DNA of 64,000 bases from the NCBI GenBank assembly GCA_965208615.1, contig CBDBPB010000008.1, positions 1 through 64,000 on the forward strand, in the 5' to 3' direction. The translations under genes were made by a program, and so were the position numbers. The DNA comes from Spirochaetota bacterium (GTDB lineage: Bacteria > Spirochaetota > UBA6919 > CBDBPB01). Under the pieces are notes generated by a model, which was not told the origin of the DNA, ran no database searches, and saw only the letters and a program-made list of their open reading frames with translations. Shown in pieces: positions 11,167 to 22,515 of this stretch (positions are counted from its first letter, which is position 1; each line of letters starts with the position of its first letter).

Positions 11167-12069
11167 ATGTTAAATAAAAAAGTATTTGTTATACTACTAA
11201 TTTTATTAACAAAAATAAGTTATGGACAAAATAATAAGGCATATACTAGCCTTGAAGAAGCATTAAAAAAGCCTCGTGATGTTATTAAGCTTGACCTATC
11301 CTCCAAAAACCTAAAAAAGCTTAGTCCTAATATAGCAAAACTAAAAAACCTAGAAGAGCTTAACTTGTGGAACAATAAACTTGTTAGTCTCCCGAGGGAA
11401 ATAGGTAGGCTAAGAAATCTAAAGGTACTAAATCTTTGGAAAAATAAAATTAGAACTCTCCCAAAAGAAATAGGTATGTTAGCCAGCCTTGAACGACTTA
11501 ATCTATCAGTAAATAATCTTAGATATTTGCCTAAAGAAATTACTTATCTAAGAAAGCTGTGGTGGCTTAGCATAAGCAGGAACCAACTTAAAACGATACC
11601 CAAAGAGATTAGTAAATTGAAAAAACTAGGTGCACTTTTTTTATGGAAAAACAATCTTAAGTCTCTTCCTAAAAGCATTAACAAGCTAGTAAGCCTATGG
11701 GGACTAGACCTAAGATACAATAACTTTAAGACGTTGCCGAAAGAAATATTTAAACTAAAGAATTTGTGGTGGTTAAGAATAGGTAATAACCAGATTAAGA
11801 CAATACCTAAAGAAATAGTAATGCTAAAAAACTTGGAGGAAATTGATCTAAGCCATAATCTTATAAAAACCCTGCCTCCTGAGCTGTTAAAAATAGAAAG
11901 CCTTGAATCAGTTAACATAAGTAACAATAAAATCGTAGAACTACCTAAAAACATCAAGCATTTAGAAACCCTTAAAACTCTTAATATAAAAGGGAATCCA
12001 ATGCCTAAGTTTGAGATAAGCAGAATAGTAAACACTCTCAAGGATAGTAATTGTAATATTACTTATTAA
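11167..12069 (+). CDS. secreted leucine-rich repeat protein (23-aa LRRs, Leptospira-type N-cap)
   Basis: Signal peptide, YTSLEEALKKPRDVIKLDLS cap, about 10 repeats of LxxLxLxxNxLxxLPxEIxxLxN; SD AAGGAG upstream. Confidence 0.9.
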   Translation: MLNKKVFVILLILLTKISYGQNNKAYTSLEEALKKPRDVIKLDLSSKNLKKLSPNIAKLKNLEELNLWNNKLVSLPREIGRLRNLKVLNLWKNKIRTLPKEIGMLASLERLNLSVNNLRYLPKEITYLRKLWWLSISRNQLKTIPKEISKLKKLGALFLWKNNLKSLPKSINKLVSLWGLDLRYNNFKTLPKEIFKLKNLWWLRIGNNQIKTIPKEIVMLKNLEEIDLSHNLIKTLPPELLKIESLESVNISNNKIVELPKNIKHLETLKTLNIKGNPMPKFEISRIVNTLKDSNCNITY

Positions 12070-12080
12070 CTCATAAACTA

Positions 12081-12920
12081 TTATGACTGATACTTCTTAT
12101 AACAATGCTTTACCTTATAAATCTTTTTTTTACTTAAAAGATAGTCTATAAGTTTTTTTCTTCGGCTGATAATATCACTGGATAAGCAATTAAGACTGTT
12201 ATCACGATATGGGATTGATCCATCTGAGTGGTTAAGGAGATAAGCATCCATTTCGGATAATGGTTTTTGTTTTTCCAGTGGTATAACTGATGCAATAGTT
12301 CCACCTCTTCGTCTGGAAACAGGTTTTGTTTTATAAACGTATAATCCTAGTCTTAAGAATGCACTCCTAACAGGCAATGCACTAGAGTATGTTATTATTA
12401 ATCCCTTTGGATTTAATTTACGCCTTAATAGCTTAAAAAAGTCATAGGTCCATAATTCAGCATTCTTGCTGGTAGAAAAAGGATCAAGGTATACAATATC
12501 AAAGTTCTCCCTAATATTTTTTATCAAAGACCTTGCATCACCAATAAGAAGGTTAATAAAGCTCTTTTCGAAAAGATATTTTTTATTATTTATAATATTA
12601 GTCATCCATTTATTCCAATCTTTGTTTTGATAAGGCAGATATTTAGCTTTATTTATAACATTAATATTTTTATCTATGGCCCAAATATTGACTATACCAT
12701 TGTTAGAACACTTTTCCATAGTAGTAAAGCTGTTATATCCCAAGCCAAAACCAATATCCAAAACATTAACAGCCGTATTAAGGCATAAACTTTCTACTCC
12801 AGAAGGCCTAATAAACTTATAATAAGCCTCTTCATAAGCTCCGGTAACAGAGTGATAACACTCATTATACTCCTTAGAAAGCATGGTAGGAGAGCCATCC
12901 TTAGTGATAACCAAACACAT
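12081..12920 (-). CDS. mnmD: MnmD/MnmC-methyltransferase-domain protein (tRNA mnm5s2U methyltransferase family)
   Basis: TKDGSPT...ECYHSVTGAYEEA, VLDIGFGLGYN, YLDPFSTSKNAELWT, TYSSA..VR. Confidence 0.75.
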   Translation of the reverse strand: MCLVITKDGSPTMLSKEYNECYHSVTGAYEEAYYKFIRPSGVESLCLNTAVNVLDIGFGLGYNSFTTMEKCSNNGIVNIWAIDKNINVINKAKYLPYQNKDWNKWMTNIINNKKYLFEKSFINLLIGDARSLIKNIRENFDIVYLDPFSTSKNAELWTYDFFKLLRRKLNPKGLIITYSSALPVRSAFLRLGLYVYKTKPVSRRRGGTIASVIPLEKQKPLSEMDAYLLNHSDGSIPYRDNSLNCLSSDIISRRKKLIDYLLSKKKIYKVKHCYKKYQS

Positions 12921-13718
12921 TCATCTATACCTATAAAAAATCCTTATAATAAGCAGTATAAGGGTTCCTGGTAATATAATTGCTACTCCCGATGATAGCT
13001 CAAAAAAGTAGGATATTAAAAGTCCGCCGACAATCATAAATAGGCTTATAGCAGTGGATAGTATGACTAATGCCTTTAGTGATCGGGTTATTAACCCAGC
13101 AATAGAGGGTGGAACAGTTAATAAGGCAATAACCAATAAAATACCTACTATCTCTATAAGAACGACAATGGTTAAAGCTATTATAATGTCTGTAATTACG
13201 TTTATAAACCGAACAGGGAGTCCGCAAACTATTGAAAACTCTTTATCAAATGCGGTGGATAATATCTCTCTATAAAAAAACACAAAAACTAATAATAACA
13301 AAATGACAATAATTGTCATTATATATATATCACTTTTGGATACGAATAAAATACTACCAAAAAGATATGTTGATAAATCTGGTGCATACCCTTCTGTAAG
13401 GTGAATGAATAAAATACCAATAGCCATTCCAGATGCCCATAAAATACCAATTGCCGAGTCATACCTTTTGGATTTGTCGTCTTCTAGTCTTCCAAGAGTA
13501 AAGGCCGCAACTATAGCAAAAATAACTGCACCTAAAAAAGGAGGTTGTCCAAAATAATAAGCAATACCAATCCCACCAAACGATATGTGACTAATACCAG
13601 CACTTATAAATACAATCCTCTTTGTAACAACATATACCCCTACTATACCGCTAATAATACTGGCAAGTATACCGGATATAAAAGCATTTTCCATAAACTG
13701 ATATGAAAAAACATCCAC
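12921..13718 (-). CDS. znuB: Zn/Mn ABC transporter permease
   Basis: Hydrophobic ABC-3 permease with ISHISFGG, YLFGSIL, VGILLVIALLTVP. Confidence 0.85.
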   Translation of the reverse strand: MDVFSYQFMENAFISGILASIISGIVGVYVVTKRIVFISAGISHISFGGIGIAYYFGQPPFLGAVIFAIVAAFTLGRLEDDKSKRYDSAIGILWASGMAIGILFIHLTEGYAPDLSTYLFGSILFVSKSDIYIMTIIVILLLLVFVFFYREILSTAFDKEFSIVCGLPVRFINVITDIIIALTIVVLIEIVGILLVIALLTVPPSIAGLITRSLKALVILSTAISLFMIVGGLLISYFFELSSGVAIILPGTLILLIIRIFYRYR

Positions 13719-13743
13719 TATATAAACCCATTATCAATATAAT

Positions 13744-14499
13744 TTAGTGATCCCCTAATACCCTATGAGGAGTACCATGTGCAATTAAATCAACAGGACA
13801 TTTATAAGCCTTTTCTACAACATCCACTGGTATATGCTTGTCATCACCATGATAAAATAAAGTCTTATTAAGACATGCAATCTGCTTTGCCCATTTTGAT
13901 ACCACTCCAATATCATGAGTTATAGTTACAATAGTCATTTCTTTGTTCCAAGTCTCTAAGTAACTGTTTAATATACCCTGAGTATCTTTATCTATAAAGC
14001 TGGTTGGCTCATCCAATAAGAGTAGTTCAGGCTTTATTATAAGACTTCTTGCAATTATAACCCTTTGAAGCTGTCCACCCGATAACTCCCCTATAGACCT
14101 ATTTCTTAACTCACTAATATTCATTATGTTAAGGATATTATCAGCAAGTTTATAGTCCTTTTTTGAGTAGTACCTAAAAAAACCTTTTACAGAAAGTAAA
14201 CCCATAAGAACAATATCTATAACCCTTATAGGAAAATCCTTATCAAAAACACTAACCTGAGGAACATAACCTATAGATCCCCTCTTCCTAAGAATAGATG
14301 AATAACTTATACTGCCACTATCCGCCTTCAAAAGACCCAGTATCAACTTAAATAAAGTAGTCTTTCCACCACCATTTGGACCTATAATAAATAAATAATC
14401 CCCTTTATAAATAGGTATGGTAACCCTATCCAATACTGGTAATCCGCGTTTATAAGAAAAACTAAGATTCTCTATATAAATAATTGCGTTATCCACCAT
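13744..14499 (-). CDS. znuC: Zn/Mn ABC transporter ATP-binding protein
   Basis: GPNGGGKTT, GYVPQ, LSGGQLQR, LLLDEPT, THD; C-terminal CPVDLIAHG. Confidence 0.88.
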   Translation of the reverse strand: MVDNAIIYIENLSFSYKRGLPVLDRVTIPIYKGDYLFIIGPNGGGKTTLFKLILGLLKADSGSISYSSILRKRGSIGYVPQVSVFDKDFPIRVIDIVLMGLLSVKGFFRYYSKKDYKLADNILNIMNISELRNRSIGELSGGQLQRVIIARSLIIKPELLLLDEPTSFIDKDTQGILNSYLETWNKEMTIVTITHDIGVVSKWAKQIACLNKTLFYHGDDKHIPVDVVEKAYKCPVDLIAHGTPHRVLGDH

Positions 14500-14508
14500 A
14501 ACTACTCT

Positions 14509-15387
14509 CTATAAGGACTTCTTAAAAGTATTGGCAATCTTTTTCATGTTATTAATCCAGTCCCCACTAAGAGGATTAACCTCTACTATCCTTGCTCCAA
14601 GCCCATTAGCAATAGTCATGGCATTATCCTTAGAATAGCCTTTTTGAATAAATATAACCTTAATATTCTTTAGCTTAATAATATCCACTATCTTTTTAAG
14701 ATTCCTTGCACTAGTCTTCTTCTCAGACTCTATAGCAAATTGAGTAAGTCCGTAATCTTTCGCAAAATATCCCAACGAAGAATGATAAACAATAAATGTT
14801 CTGTTTTTTAATCCCCTTAAACTGCTTTTTATATAGCTGTCTAGGGCGTTTATCTCACCTATAAATGAATTAAAGTTTTTCTCATATATATCCTTATTCT
14901 TCGGATCAAGCCTTATCAAAGCCCTATATATATTCTCAGAACACACCTTCACAATAGACGGCGATAACCATATATGAGGATCAACCTCTGAATCATGATT
15001 ATGCCCATCATGACCATGTTCGCTATAATGAAATTTTATGCCCATAGACATATTAACTATTTCAATATTTTTATCCAATAAAATCTTACTAAAATATCTT
15101 TTCTCAAAAAGCAGTCCAGGAACGCCAAGCTTAATAACCAATCTAGCCTTATTTAAGTTAATAAGCTGTTTGGGTGAAGGATCATAAGTATGAGGATTAT
15201 AAGACTCGGGTATCATAACATTAACAGAAACTAAATTAGCTCCTATCCTGTTTACAAAAAATGCCTGCGGCGGAATAGTAACAAATATATTTATCTTATT
15301 ACTTTTAGTATTAACATCCCTCTGCCTGTCACAGGATATATTAAAAATAATATATGGTATTAAAAAGTATAATATTATTTTATCCAT
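14509..15387 (-). CDS. znuA: Zn ABC transporter substrate-binding lipoprotein
   Basis: Lipobox NISC, PHTYDP, His-rich loop HYSEHGHDGHNHD, DPHIWLSP, YHSSLGYFAKDYGL. Confidence 0.88.
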   Translation of the reverse strand: MDKIILYFLIPYIIFNISCDRQRDVNTKSNKINIFVTIPPQAFFVNRIGANLVSVNVMIPESYNPHTYDPSPKQLINLNKARLVIKLGVPGLLFEKRYFSKILLDKNIEIVNMSMGIKFHYSEHGHDGHNHDSEVDPHIWLSPSIVKVCSENIYRALIRLDPKNKDIYEKNFNSFIGEINALDSYIKSSLRGLKNRTFIVYHSSLGYFAKDYGLTQFAIESEKKTSARNLKKIVDIIKLKNIKVIFIQKGYSKDNAMTIANGLGARIVEVNPLSGDWINNMKKIANTFKKSL

Positions 15388-15473
15388 AGCCAACCTTAGC
15401 CTATCTTTTTTAGTAGGTTAAATATAATAAACATTCTAGGCTTTTTATAACAAAAAATAAGCTTAAGGCTATA

Positions 15474-17159
15474 TTAACTTTTACGTCTGTATAAAGATAC
15501 CCCTTCTACTACCCTCTCTAAGTAGTAGTTATCCCTTAACCACTGAGTAAGACGATATTTAGATAAGTCTATTTTATTACAATCCCTATAATAGTCTTGC
15601 TTAACGGTGAACTTAGCATATTCATGTATGCCAGCAGATGAAGTATCTACAAAATAAATTGGCCTATACTTTTTCATATCCTCAAAAAAATACGGCCATG
15701 CCCTACAAATTATATATGAACTATTATCAAAACCCTTATCCATATTAACCCTTGAACCCGGTATTCTACCAACTTTAAAATCACTCCAACTAAATCGTCC
15801 GGCAACCTCTCTCTCTGAATAATAGTAGATCTGTGTAGCAAAACCCCAAACATATATGGTATCACTTTTTTTACTGTTATTTTTAATATATCTACCTATA
15901 GCTTTGTAGTTTGCACTTTCTACTCCTGCTACCTTAAAAGCCATTTCAAAATATAAACTTTGACTTATTTTTGGTACGAAGAATATTATAGGGGGAATTA
16001 TAACACCCAATATGAATAACTTTTTCTTTATAATTAACCCTTTGTGGTTGCTCTTCCACACCCTATTCAAAAATTGATAAGCAGATATAGATGCCAATAC
16101 AGCAAGTGCAGGGAATGACTGAAGAAAATAATGTCCGTAATATCGCTTTCCTGTAGATAAGGCTATAAAACTAGTTATAAACCAAATAAAAGAAAATAAA
16201 ATTAGCTTTTCTGTACTAGATAAACCTTTTGACCTTAGCCTATACCAAAAATCTCTCTTAAATAAAGCCCTACTACTATAATAGGCGAATAACCACTGAA
16301 CAAAGGTAAAAACTATCCATAATGATGTCCTAAATATCCCCTTGCTAATGGGTATGGTCTCTGAACCCCTACTTACATAACGAAAGTTATATTCAAAAAG
16401 CCAAAATAAAAAATCATCAAGAACTCCTATATAGTAAAAATAAACTATATTAAGTAATAGAGGTGTTATGAAACTTATTAAAAAAATTGAACCTATTATT
16501 AACTCTTTCATAAGAGCCTTTAGTCTTTGCTTTTCCGGTATAATAAAGAAAATTAAAAATACTAATCCAAAGGTTAATAATATTATCCCGCCTTTTAGAC
16601 TGGTGTTAAATGCAATACCACATAATATCCCTGATGTAATTAGTAATAAATAATTAGTTTTATTCTTATCCCTATCCCGCCAATAACGTAAAAAATAGTA
16701 TACCCCCATAATAAGAGGTAAGTTCATAATAAGTTCAGCACTTGCAGCAATAATCTTCGGCTCGAAACAAGTAGAAAATACTGAGTAAAATAAAGCCGAT
16801 ATTAAACCAATATAAAAATTACCGCCTAGACTCCCTATCTTATATATATAAAATACCTGACCTATTACCCATACAATTAATACCAGGTGTACTGCATAAT
16901 AATTTAAAGAAATCCCTGATAAGATGAACCCTATAGAAAAAAACATTAAATTAAAAAATGGCTTATCCCCAACAATCTCTTGGTAAGGTAGTCTGCCATT
17001 TAATACAGCCCATGCAAAATATCCATTTTGAGCCTCGTCTATGTCTAAAAATACCGTATACAAAGACGGAAGTCTTAATATTATCGTGGATAAAATAATG
17101 AATAAAAGAATAAGTCTTACTCTTTTTTCTTGCGAATACTGATCCAAACTACACCTCAC
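15474..17159 (-). CDS. GT-C fold membrane glycosyltransferase (ArnT/PMT/GT39-like)
   Basis: Many TM segments, acidic DIDE motif after TM1, LPY..DKP, HYF..P, C-terminal IYVWG...YY soluble domain. Confidence 0.7.
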   Translation of the reverse strand: MRCSLDQYSQEKRVRLILLFIILSTIILRLPSLYTVFLDIDEAQNGYFAWAVLNGRLPYQEIVGDKPFFNLMFFSIGFILSGISLNYYAVHLVLIVWVIGQVFYIYKIGSLGGNFYIGLISALFYSVFSTCFEPKIIAASAELIMNLPLIMGVYYFLRYWRDRDKNKTNYLLLITSGILCGIAFNTSLKGGIILLTFGLVFLIFFIIPEKQRLKALMKELIIGSIFLISFITPLLLNIVYFYYIGVLDDFLFWLFEYNFRYVSRGSETIPISKGIFRTSLWIVFTFVQWLFAYYSSRALFKRDFWYRLRSKGLSSTEKLILFSFIWFITSFIALSTGKRYYGHYFLQSFPALAVLASISAYQFLNRVWKSNHKGLIIKKKLFILGVIIPPIIFFVPKISQSLYFEMAFKVAGVESANYKAIGRYIKNNSKKSDTIYVWGFATQIYYYSEREVAGRFSWSDFKVGRIPGSRVNMDKGFDNSSYIICRAWPYFFEDMKKYRPIYFVDTSSAGIHEYAKFTVKQDYYRDCNKIDLSKYRLTQWLRDNYYLERVVEGVSLYRRKS

Positions 17160-17586
17160 AATTTATAGACTAAAAAATATACATGTAACTCTTATACCTA
17201 TACTTACTAACTTAAAATAAAAAATTATGCTGAAACAAAAAGCATAGCAAATAATAAGTATTACTATATGTTATAATCTAAATTTGTTAACTTCCATTTT
17301 ATAATATATTTTATTATATTTAAATCTGCCCACAAAGGGAATATTAGAACATCAAGTAATATCATAATCAAATTTATACTATTATTATATATTATTTTAA
17401 TCAATCGGGGTTAAATTCTAAGTAGTACATAACTAACATTATAATAAATTATTTAAAGAATAACTAAGATAAGGTCTTTAAAAATTTATAAAACTAACTT
17501 AGTGTTAATCTATAAGTTATAGTATGTAAAACAAAATATTTAATGGCCGCTTTAACAATATAGCCGTATTAATATGTGGGGGTAAG

Positions 17587-19983
17587 TTGATAGATACTCT
17601 TATAAAATATATAAAAGAACATCGCGAAGAAGTTTATTTACTATTCCGTCAATATTTATCTTATGGTAAGAGCTTTCTTTTACGCTCTGATCTATGGGAT
17701 GGCTATTTAGACTTTTGTAGTAATAAAAATAAAAATCCCTTATACGATAACTCTATTCTAAAAAAAACCATTTATTACAGTCAAGAAGCAGTTATATCTA
17801 CACCATGGATATACCTGTCTGTTAGACACAGAATTGCACGTTGGAATTATTTACGTCTCCACATAGATACCCTGGATATAGAAGAAGTACCAGTAAACAA
17901 GTTTCTTATGTTCAAAGAAAGGCTGATCAATGGTAATGCTGATGAATGGGTATTAGAAATTGATCTAGGCCCATTTGAACGTACTTTTCCTAAATTACAA
18001 GAATCTCGATCTATAGGACACGGAGTCCAATTTTTAAATCGTCGTCTCTCTAGTCAACTATTCCAAGAAATTGGAGGAGAAGGAAAAAAATTACTAAGAT
18101 TTTTACGTCTTCATAATTATCAAGGTCAACAACTGCTATTAAGCCAAAGAATACATAATACTAATGAATTACGTCAACTTATACGCCATGCAGAAGACTA
18201 TTTAAAAATCCAGCCTCCAGATGCTCAATGGTCAGATGTAGCTCCTGAACTAGAAAATATGGGGTTCCAGCAAGGATGGGGACGTTTTGTATCCAAGATT
18301 AGAGAATCTATGAAACTTGTTTCTGAAATATTAGAAGCTCCTGAACCTAGCCTTGTTGAACGGTTTCTAGGACGTATGCCTATGATATTTAACGTAATTG
18401 CTATTTCTCCCCACGGTTTTTTTGGTCAAGATAATGTATTAGGTCTGCCTGATACAGGCGGACAAGTGGTTTATATACTTAATCAAGTTAGAGCATTAGA
18501 AAAAGAAATGTGTTCAAGACTATGGGATATGGGATTAGATATAAATCCTAAAATACTTGTAATAACAAGACTAATACCAGAAGCCCGATCTACCACTTGT
18601 GATCAGCGAGTGGAACGTATTAGCGGTACTAAAAATGCTTATATCCTTAGGGTACCATTTAGAAACGCAGATGGAGAAATTATAAATCACTGGATTTCAC
18701 GGTTTGAAATCTGGCCTCACTTACAGCAGTTCGCTTTAGACGTCGAAAAAGAGGTGCTGGCTGAATTAAAGTGTCGTCCTGATTTAATTATTGGAAACTA
18801 CTCCGACGGTAATCTTGTTGCATCCCTTTTATCCCGTAGACTCCATGTTACACAGTGTAATATTGCCCATGCATTGGAAAAAACAAAATATTTGTTTTCT
18901 GCCCTATATTGGAAAGATAATGAAGAACAATATCACTTCTCATCGCAGTTTACTGCTGATCTCATTGCTATGAATAGTGCTGACTTTATTATTACTAGTA
19001 CATTCCAAGAAATCGCTGGTATGGAGGATAGCATTGGACAATATGAAAGCTATTCTGCTTTTACTATGCCTGGACTATATAGAGTCGTAAATGGTATTGA
19101 TATGTTTGATCCTAAGTTTAACATCGTTTCTCCAGGAGCAGATCCTGAGGTATACTTTCCATATACTGACTCAAAAAAACGCTTTAGCGGCTTAAATGCT
19201 GAAATTAAAAATATCATTTTCGGCGATGAGAATATCTCATACGACAGAGGTGTTAGAGGAATATTAAAAGATAAAACTAAACCTATTATTTTTACTATGG
19301 CTCGCCTCGATAGAATTAAAAATATTACGGGATTAGTAAAATGGTATAGCGAGTCAGAAAAGCTTAAAGATATGGCTAATATGCTCGTAATTGCAGGATA
19401 TACTGATAAAAAACGATCCGATGATAAAGAAGAACAAGAACAAATTGACTTCATGCACGAACTCATGGATAAACATAATCTTGATGACAAGCTTAGATGG
19501 CTTGGTGCACAGTCTGATAAAGTATTAGGCGGTGAGATATATCGCTTTATTGCAGATCATAATGGTATATTTATACAGCCTGCATTATTTGAAGCTTTTG
19601 GTCTAACGGTTATTGAGGCTATGGTATCTGGTTTACCTACTTTTGCTACCAAATACGGTGGACCACTAGAGATTATAGAACATGGTATTTCTGGTTTCCA
19701 TATTGATCCTAACCATCCCGAAGAATCAATTCAATCTCTTGTAGACTTCTTTGAAAAGACTAAAGAGAATGTTGACTATTGGAAAAAGATTTCTGATGGT
19801 GGTATTGAAAGGGTCAAAAGTAAATATACATGGGAACTCTATGCTGAACGACTTATGACACTATCATGCATATATGGTTTTTGGAAGTATGTTACTGATC
19901 TTGAAAGGGCAGAAACCCATAGATACCTTGAAATGCTTTATAGCTTACAGTTTCGTCCTCTTGCAAATAGTATTAACACATAA
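17587..19983 (+). CDS. susA: sucrose synthase (GT4), copy 1, canonical motifs
   Basis: 798 aa; [90 protein letters not shown]. Confidence 0.95.
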   Translation: MIDTLIKYIKEHREEVYLLFRQYLSYGKSFLLRSDLWDGYLDFCSNKNKNPLYDNSILKKTIYYSQEAVISTPWIYLSVRHRIARWNYLRLHIDTLDIEEVPVNKFLMFKERLINGNADEWVLEIDLGPFERTFPKLQESRSIGHGVQFLNRRLSSQLFQEIGGEGKKLLRFLRLHNYQGQQLLLSQRIHNTNELRQLIRHAEDYLKIQPPDAQWSDVAPELENMGFQQGWGRFVSKIRESMKLVSEILEAPEPSLVERFLGRMPMIFNVIAISPHGFFGQDNVLGLPDTGGQVVYILNQVRALEKEMCSRLWDMGLDINPKILVITRLIPEARSTTCDQRVERISGTKNAYILRVPFRNADGEIINHWISRFEIWPHLQQFALDVEKEVLAELKCRPDLIIGNYSDGNLVASLLSRRLHVTQCNIAHALEKTKYLFSALYWKDNEEQYHFSSQFTADLIAMNSADFIITSTFQEIAGMEDSIGQYESYSAFTMPGLYRVVNGIDMFDPKFNIVSPGADPEVYFPYTDSKKRFSGLNAEIKNIIFGDENISYDRGVRGILKDKTKPIIFTMARLDRIKNITGLVKWYSESEKLKDMANMLVIAGYTDKKRSDDKEEQEQIDFMHELMDKHNLDDKLRWLGAQSDKVLGGEIYRFIADHNGIFIQPALFEAFGLTVIEAMVSGLPTFATKYGGPLEIIEHGISGFHIDPNHPEESIQSLVDFFEKTKENVDYWKKISDGGIERVKSKYTWELYAERLMTLSCIYGFWKYVTDLERAETHRYLEMLYSLQFRPLANSINT

Positions 19984-20130
19984 ACATAATAACCTGCTAT
20001 AAATAAAAGAATGGATTAACTCCCTAATAAATTCAGCTATTTATTTTGACTACTTGATTAATAAAACAATAAGAGGTGTTATTTAACGATAGAACTATTA
20101 TAATTGATAATTATTGAGTGAGGATACTAA

Positions 20131-22515
20131 TTGAAAGAACCTCTTATTAACTTTATAAACAAGCATAAACAAGACCTTTCTTTATTGTTAACAAAATATG
20201 CATCCTTAAATAAGCCTTTCTTACTCCGCTCTGAGCTTAGAGATGTATATTTAAGCTTTTGTGCAGAAGAAGACAGAATCCACCTATATACTGGCTCTCA
20301 AATAGAAAGAATAATCTATCACACAGAAGAGGCTATTATAAGCTATCCGTCTATTTATTTAGCTATACGCCCAGGTATTGGCAGATGGATATTTTTAAGA
20401 TTTGATATAGTAACTATTGAAGTCAACGAAGTTAGTATTTCTGACTTCTTGGATGCTAAGGAATATCTTATATCTTCAAATAGTGATCCACTACCCTTAG
20501 AAATTGACCTAAGTCCATTTGAGCGTAATCTTCCAAAACTAAAAGAATCAAAATCAATTGGTCATGGAGTCGAATTTTTAAATAAGACTTTATCCAGTCA
20601 GCTATTCCACGAGATAGGCAGAGAAGAAAAACGATTTTTAGAGTTTTTACGCTTACACTGTTATAATAATCAGGCTCTTTTGCTGAACAAAAAGATTCAA
20701 ACATTTGAAGAACTTCGTAAATCCCTACGTGATGCAGAAGATTACCTTAAAAGTCAAAATGGAGACAGCGAATGGGATAAAATAGGACAACAACTAGAAA
20801 ATATGGGCTTCTTACCAGGGTGGGGGCGTAAAGCACATCAAATTAGGGATAGCTTAAGCCTATTAAGAGACGTGTTAGAGGCACCAGACCCTAATAGAGT
20901 AGAACTACTTTTAACTAAAATGCCTATGATATTTAATGTGGTAGCTATATCCCCCCACGGCTTCTTCAACCAAGATGATGTATCAAGGCTCCCAGATACA
21001 GGCGGACAGGTAGTTTATATACTTAACCAAATCCGCCAACTAGAAAAAGAAATAACAAACCGACTATGGGAACAAGGATTAAATATAGTACCAAAAATAA
21101 TAATCATAACCAGGCTAATACCCAATTCAAGAAATACATCCTGTAACCACAGACTAGAGGCAATTAATGGAACTAAAAACTCTTTTATATTACGTATACC
21201 ATTTAGAGCCAATAATGGCAACATAATAAAAGATTGGATACCAAGATTTAAAATATGGCCATACCTTGAACAGTTTGCTCTAGATAGCGAAAAAGAAATA
21301 TTATCAGAGTTAAAAGCTATCCCCGATCTAATAATAGGCAACTACTCAGATGGTAATTTAGTTTCATCCATATTATCCCACAGACTAAATACCTCACAAT
21401 GTAATATTGCACATGCTCTAGAAAAAACTAAACACCTATTCTCTGCCCTATACTGGAAAGAACATGATAAGAATCATCACTTTGCCTGCCAGTTCACAGC
21501 TGACCTAATCGCTATGAACTCAGCTGACTTTATAATAACAAGCACATATCAGGAAATAGCAGGACAAGAAAACAGCGTAGGACAATATGAAAGCTACTCA
21601 TTCTTTACCATGCCCGATCTCTATAGAGTAATAAACGGTATTGATATATTTGATCCAAAGTTTAATATTGTATCCCCTGGTACAGATTCTGATGTTTACT
21701 TTCCATACTACGAAAAAGAAAGACGACTATTAGGACTAGAAAAAGATATTGAAGAACTAATATATGGAAAACCTAATAAAAATGCATGTGGTAACCTTAT
21801 AAATAAAAATAAACCACTAATATTTACTATGGCTAAACTGGATAGAATAAAAAATATTACAGGATTAGTAAAATGGTATGCCCAATCAGCTGAGCTAAGA
21901 AAAAAAGCCAATTTATTAGTAGTTAGCGGATATATTGATGATTGCCTATCAGAAGACGAAGAAGAAAAAGAACAAATTAATATTATGCACGATCTAATAG
22001 ATAAATATAGCCTCCATAATGAGTTTCGCTGGTTAGGAATGCAACTTAAAAAAAATCTACTGGGTGAATTATACAGATATATTGCGGATAAAAAAGGCAT
22101 ATTTGTGCAACCAGCACTATTTGAAGCATTCGGATTAACCATAATAGAAGCAATGATATCGGGATTACCAACTTTCGCTACCTCATACGGGGGCCCATTA
22201 GAAATAATAGAGAATGGTAAAACTGGTTTTCACATAGACCCTAATCATGGAGAAGAAGTAGCCGAAATAATTCTAACTTTCCTAAGTGAATCAGAGCAAA
22301 ACCCATCATATTGGGATTATATATCTAGTGAGGGGATTAAGTCTATACAAAATAAGTATACCTGGGAGTTATACGCAAAACGCTTTATAAATCTATTTTG
22401 CATATACAGATTCTGGACCTATGTTACAAACCTTGAAAGGACAGAAAGTTCCAAATATTTAGAAATGTTATATTCTCTGCAATATAGAAAATTAGCTAAT
22501 AGTATTCCCCATTAA
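20131..22515 (+). CDS. sucrose synthase paralogue, copy 2, with substitutions at conserved active-site positions
   Basis: 794 aa, colinear with copy 1; [14 protein letters not shown] and FEAFGLT kept, but [10 protein letters not shown] and [12 protein letters not shown]. Confidence 0.9.
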   Translation: MKEPLINFINKHKQDLSLLLTKYASLNKPFLLRSELRDVYLSFCAEEDRIHLYTGSQIERIIYHTEEAIISYPSIYLAIRPGIGRWIFLRFDIVTIEVNEVSISDFLDAKEYLISSNSDPLPLEIDLSPFERNLPKLKESKSIGHGVEFLNKTLSSQLFHEIGREEKRFLEFLRLHCYNNQALLLNKKIQTFEELRKSLRDAEDYLKSQNGDSEWDKIGQQLENMGFLPGWGRKAHQIRDSLSLLRDVLEAPDPNRVELLLTKMPMIFNVVAISPHGFFNQDDVSRLPDTGGQVVYILNQIRQLEKEITNRLWEQGLNIVPKIIIITRLIPNSRNTSCNHRLEAINGTKNSFILRIPFRANNGNIIKDWIPRFKIWPYLEQFALDSEKEILSELKAIPDLIIGNYSDGNLVSSILSHRLNTSQCNIAHALEKTKHLFSALYWKEHDKNHHFACQFTADLIAMNSADFIITSTYQEIAGQENSVGQYESYSFFTMPDLYRVINGIDIFDPKFNIVSPGTDSDVYFPYYEKERRLLGLEKDIEELIYGKPNKNACGNLINKNKPLIFTMAKLDRIKNITGLVKWYAQSAELRKKANLLVVSGYIDDCLSEDEEEKEQINIMHDLIDKYSLHNEFRWLGMQLKKNLLGELYRYIADKKGIFVQPALFEAFGLTIIEAMISGLPTFATSYGGPLEIIENGKTGFHIDPNHGEEVAEIILTFLSESEQNPSYWDYISSEGIKSIQNKYTWELYAKRFINLFCIYRFWTYVTNLERTESSKYLEMLYSLQYRKLANSIPH

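Noticed and set aside
11544-12041. 165-aa repetitive ORF antisense to the LRR gene
   Set aside because: Mirror of LRR codons; no independent evidence.
19050-22142. Antisense ORFs 19050..19490 and 21708..22142 at partly equivalent positions in both sucrose synthases
   Set aside because: Same antisense register of homologous coding sequence; their similarity follows from the sense-strand protein, and they have no SD or motifs.
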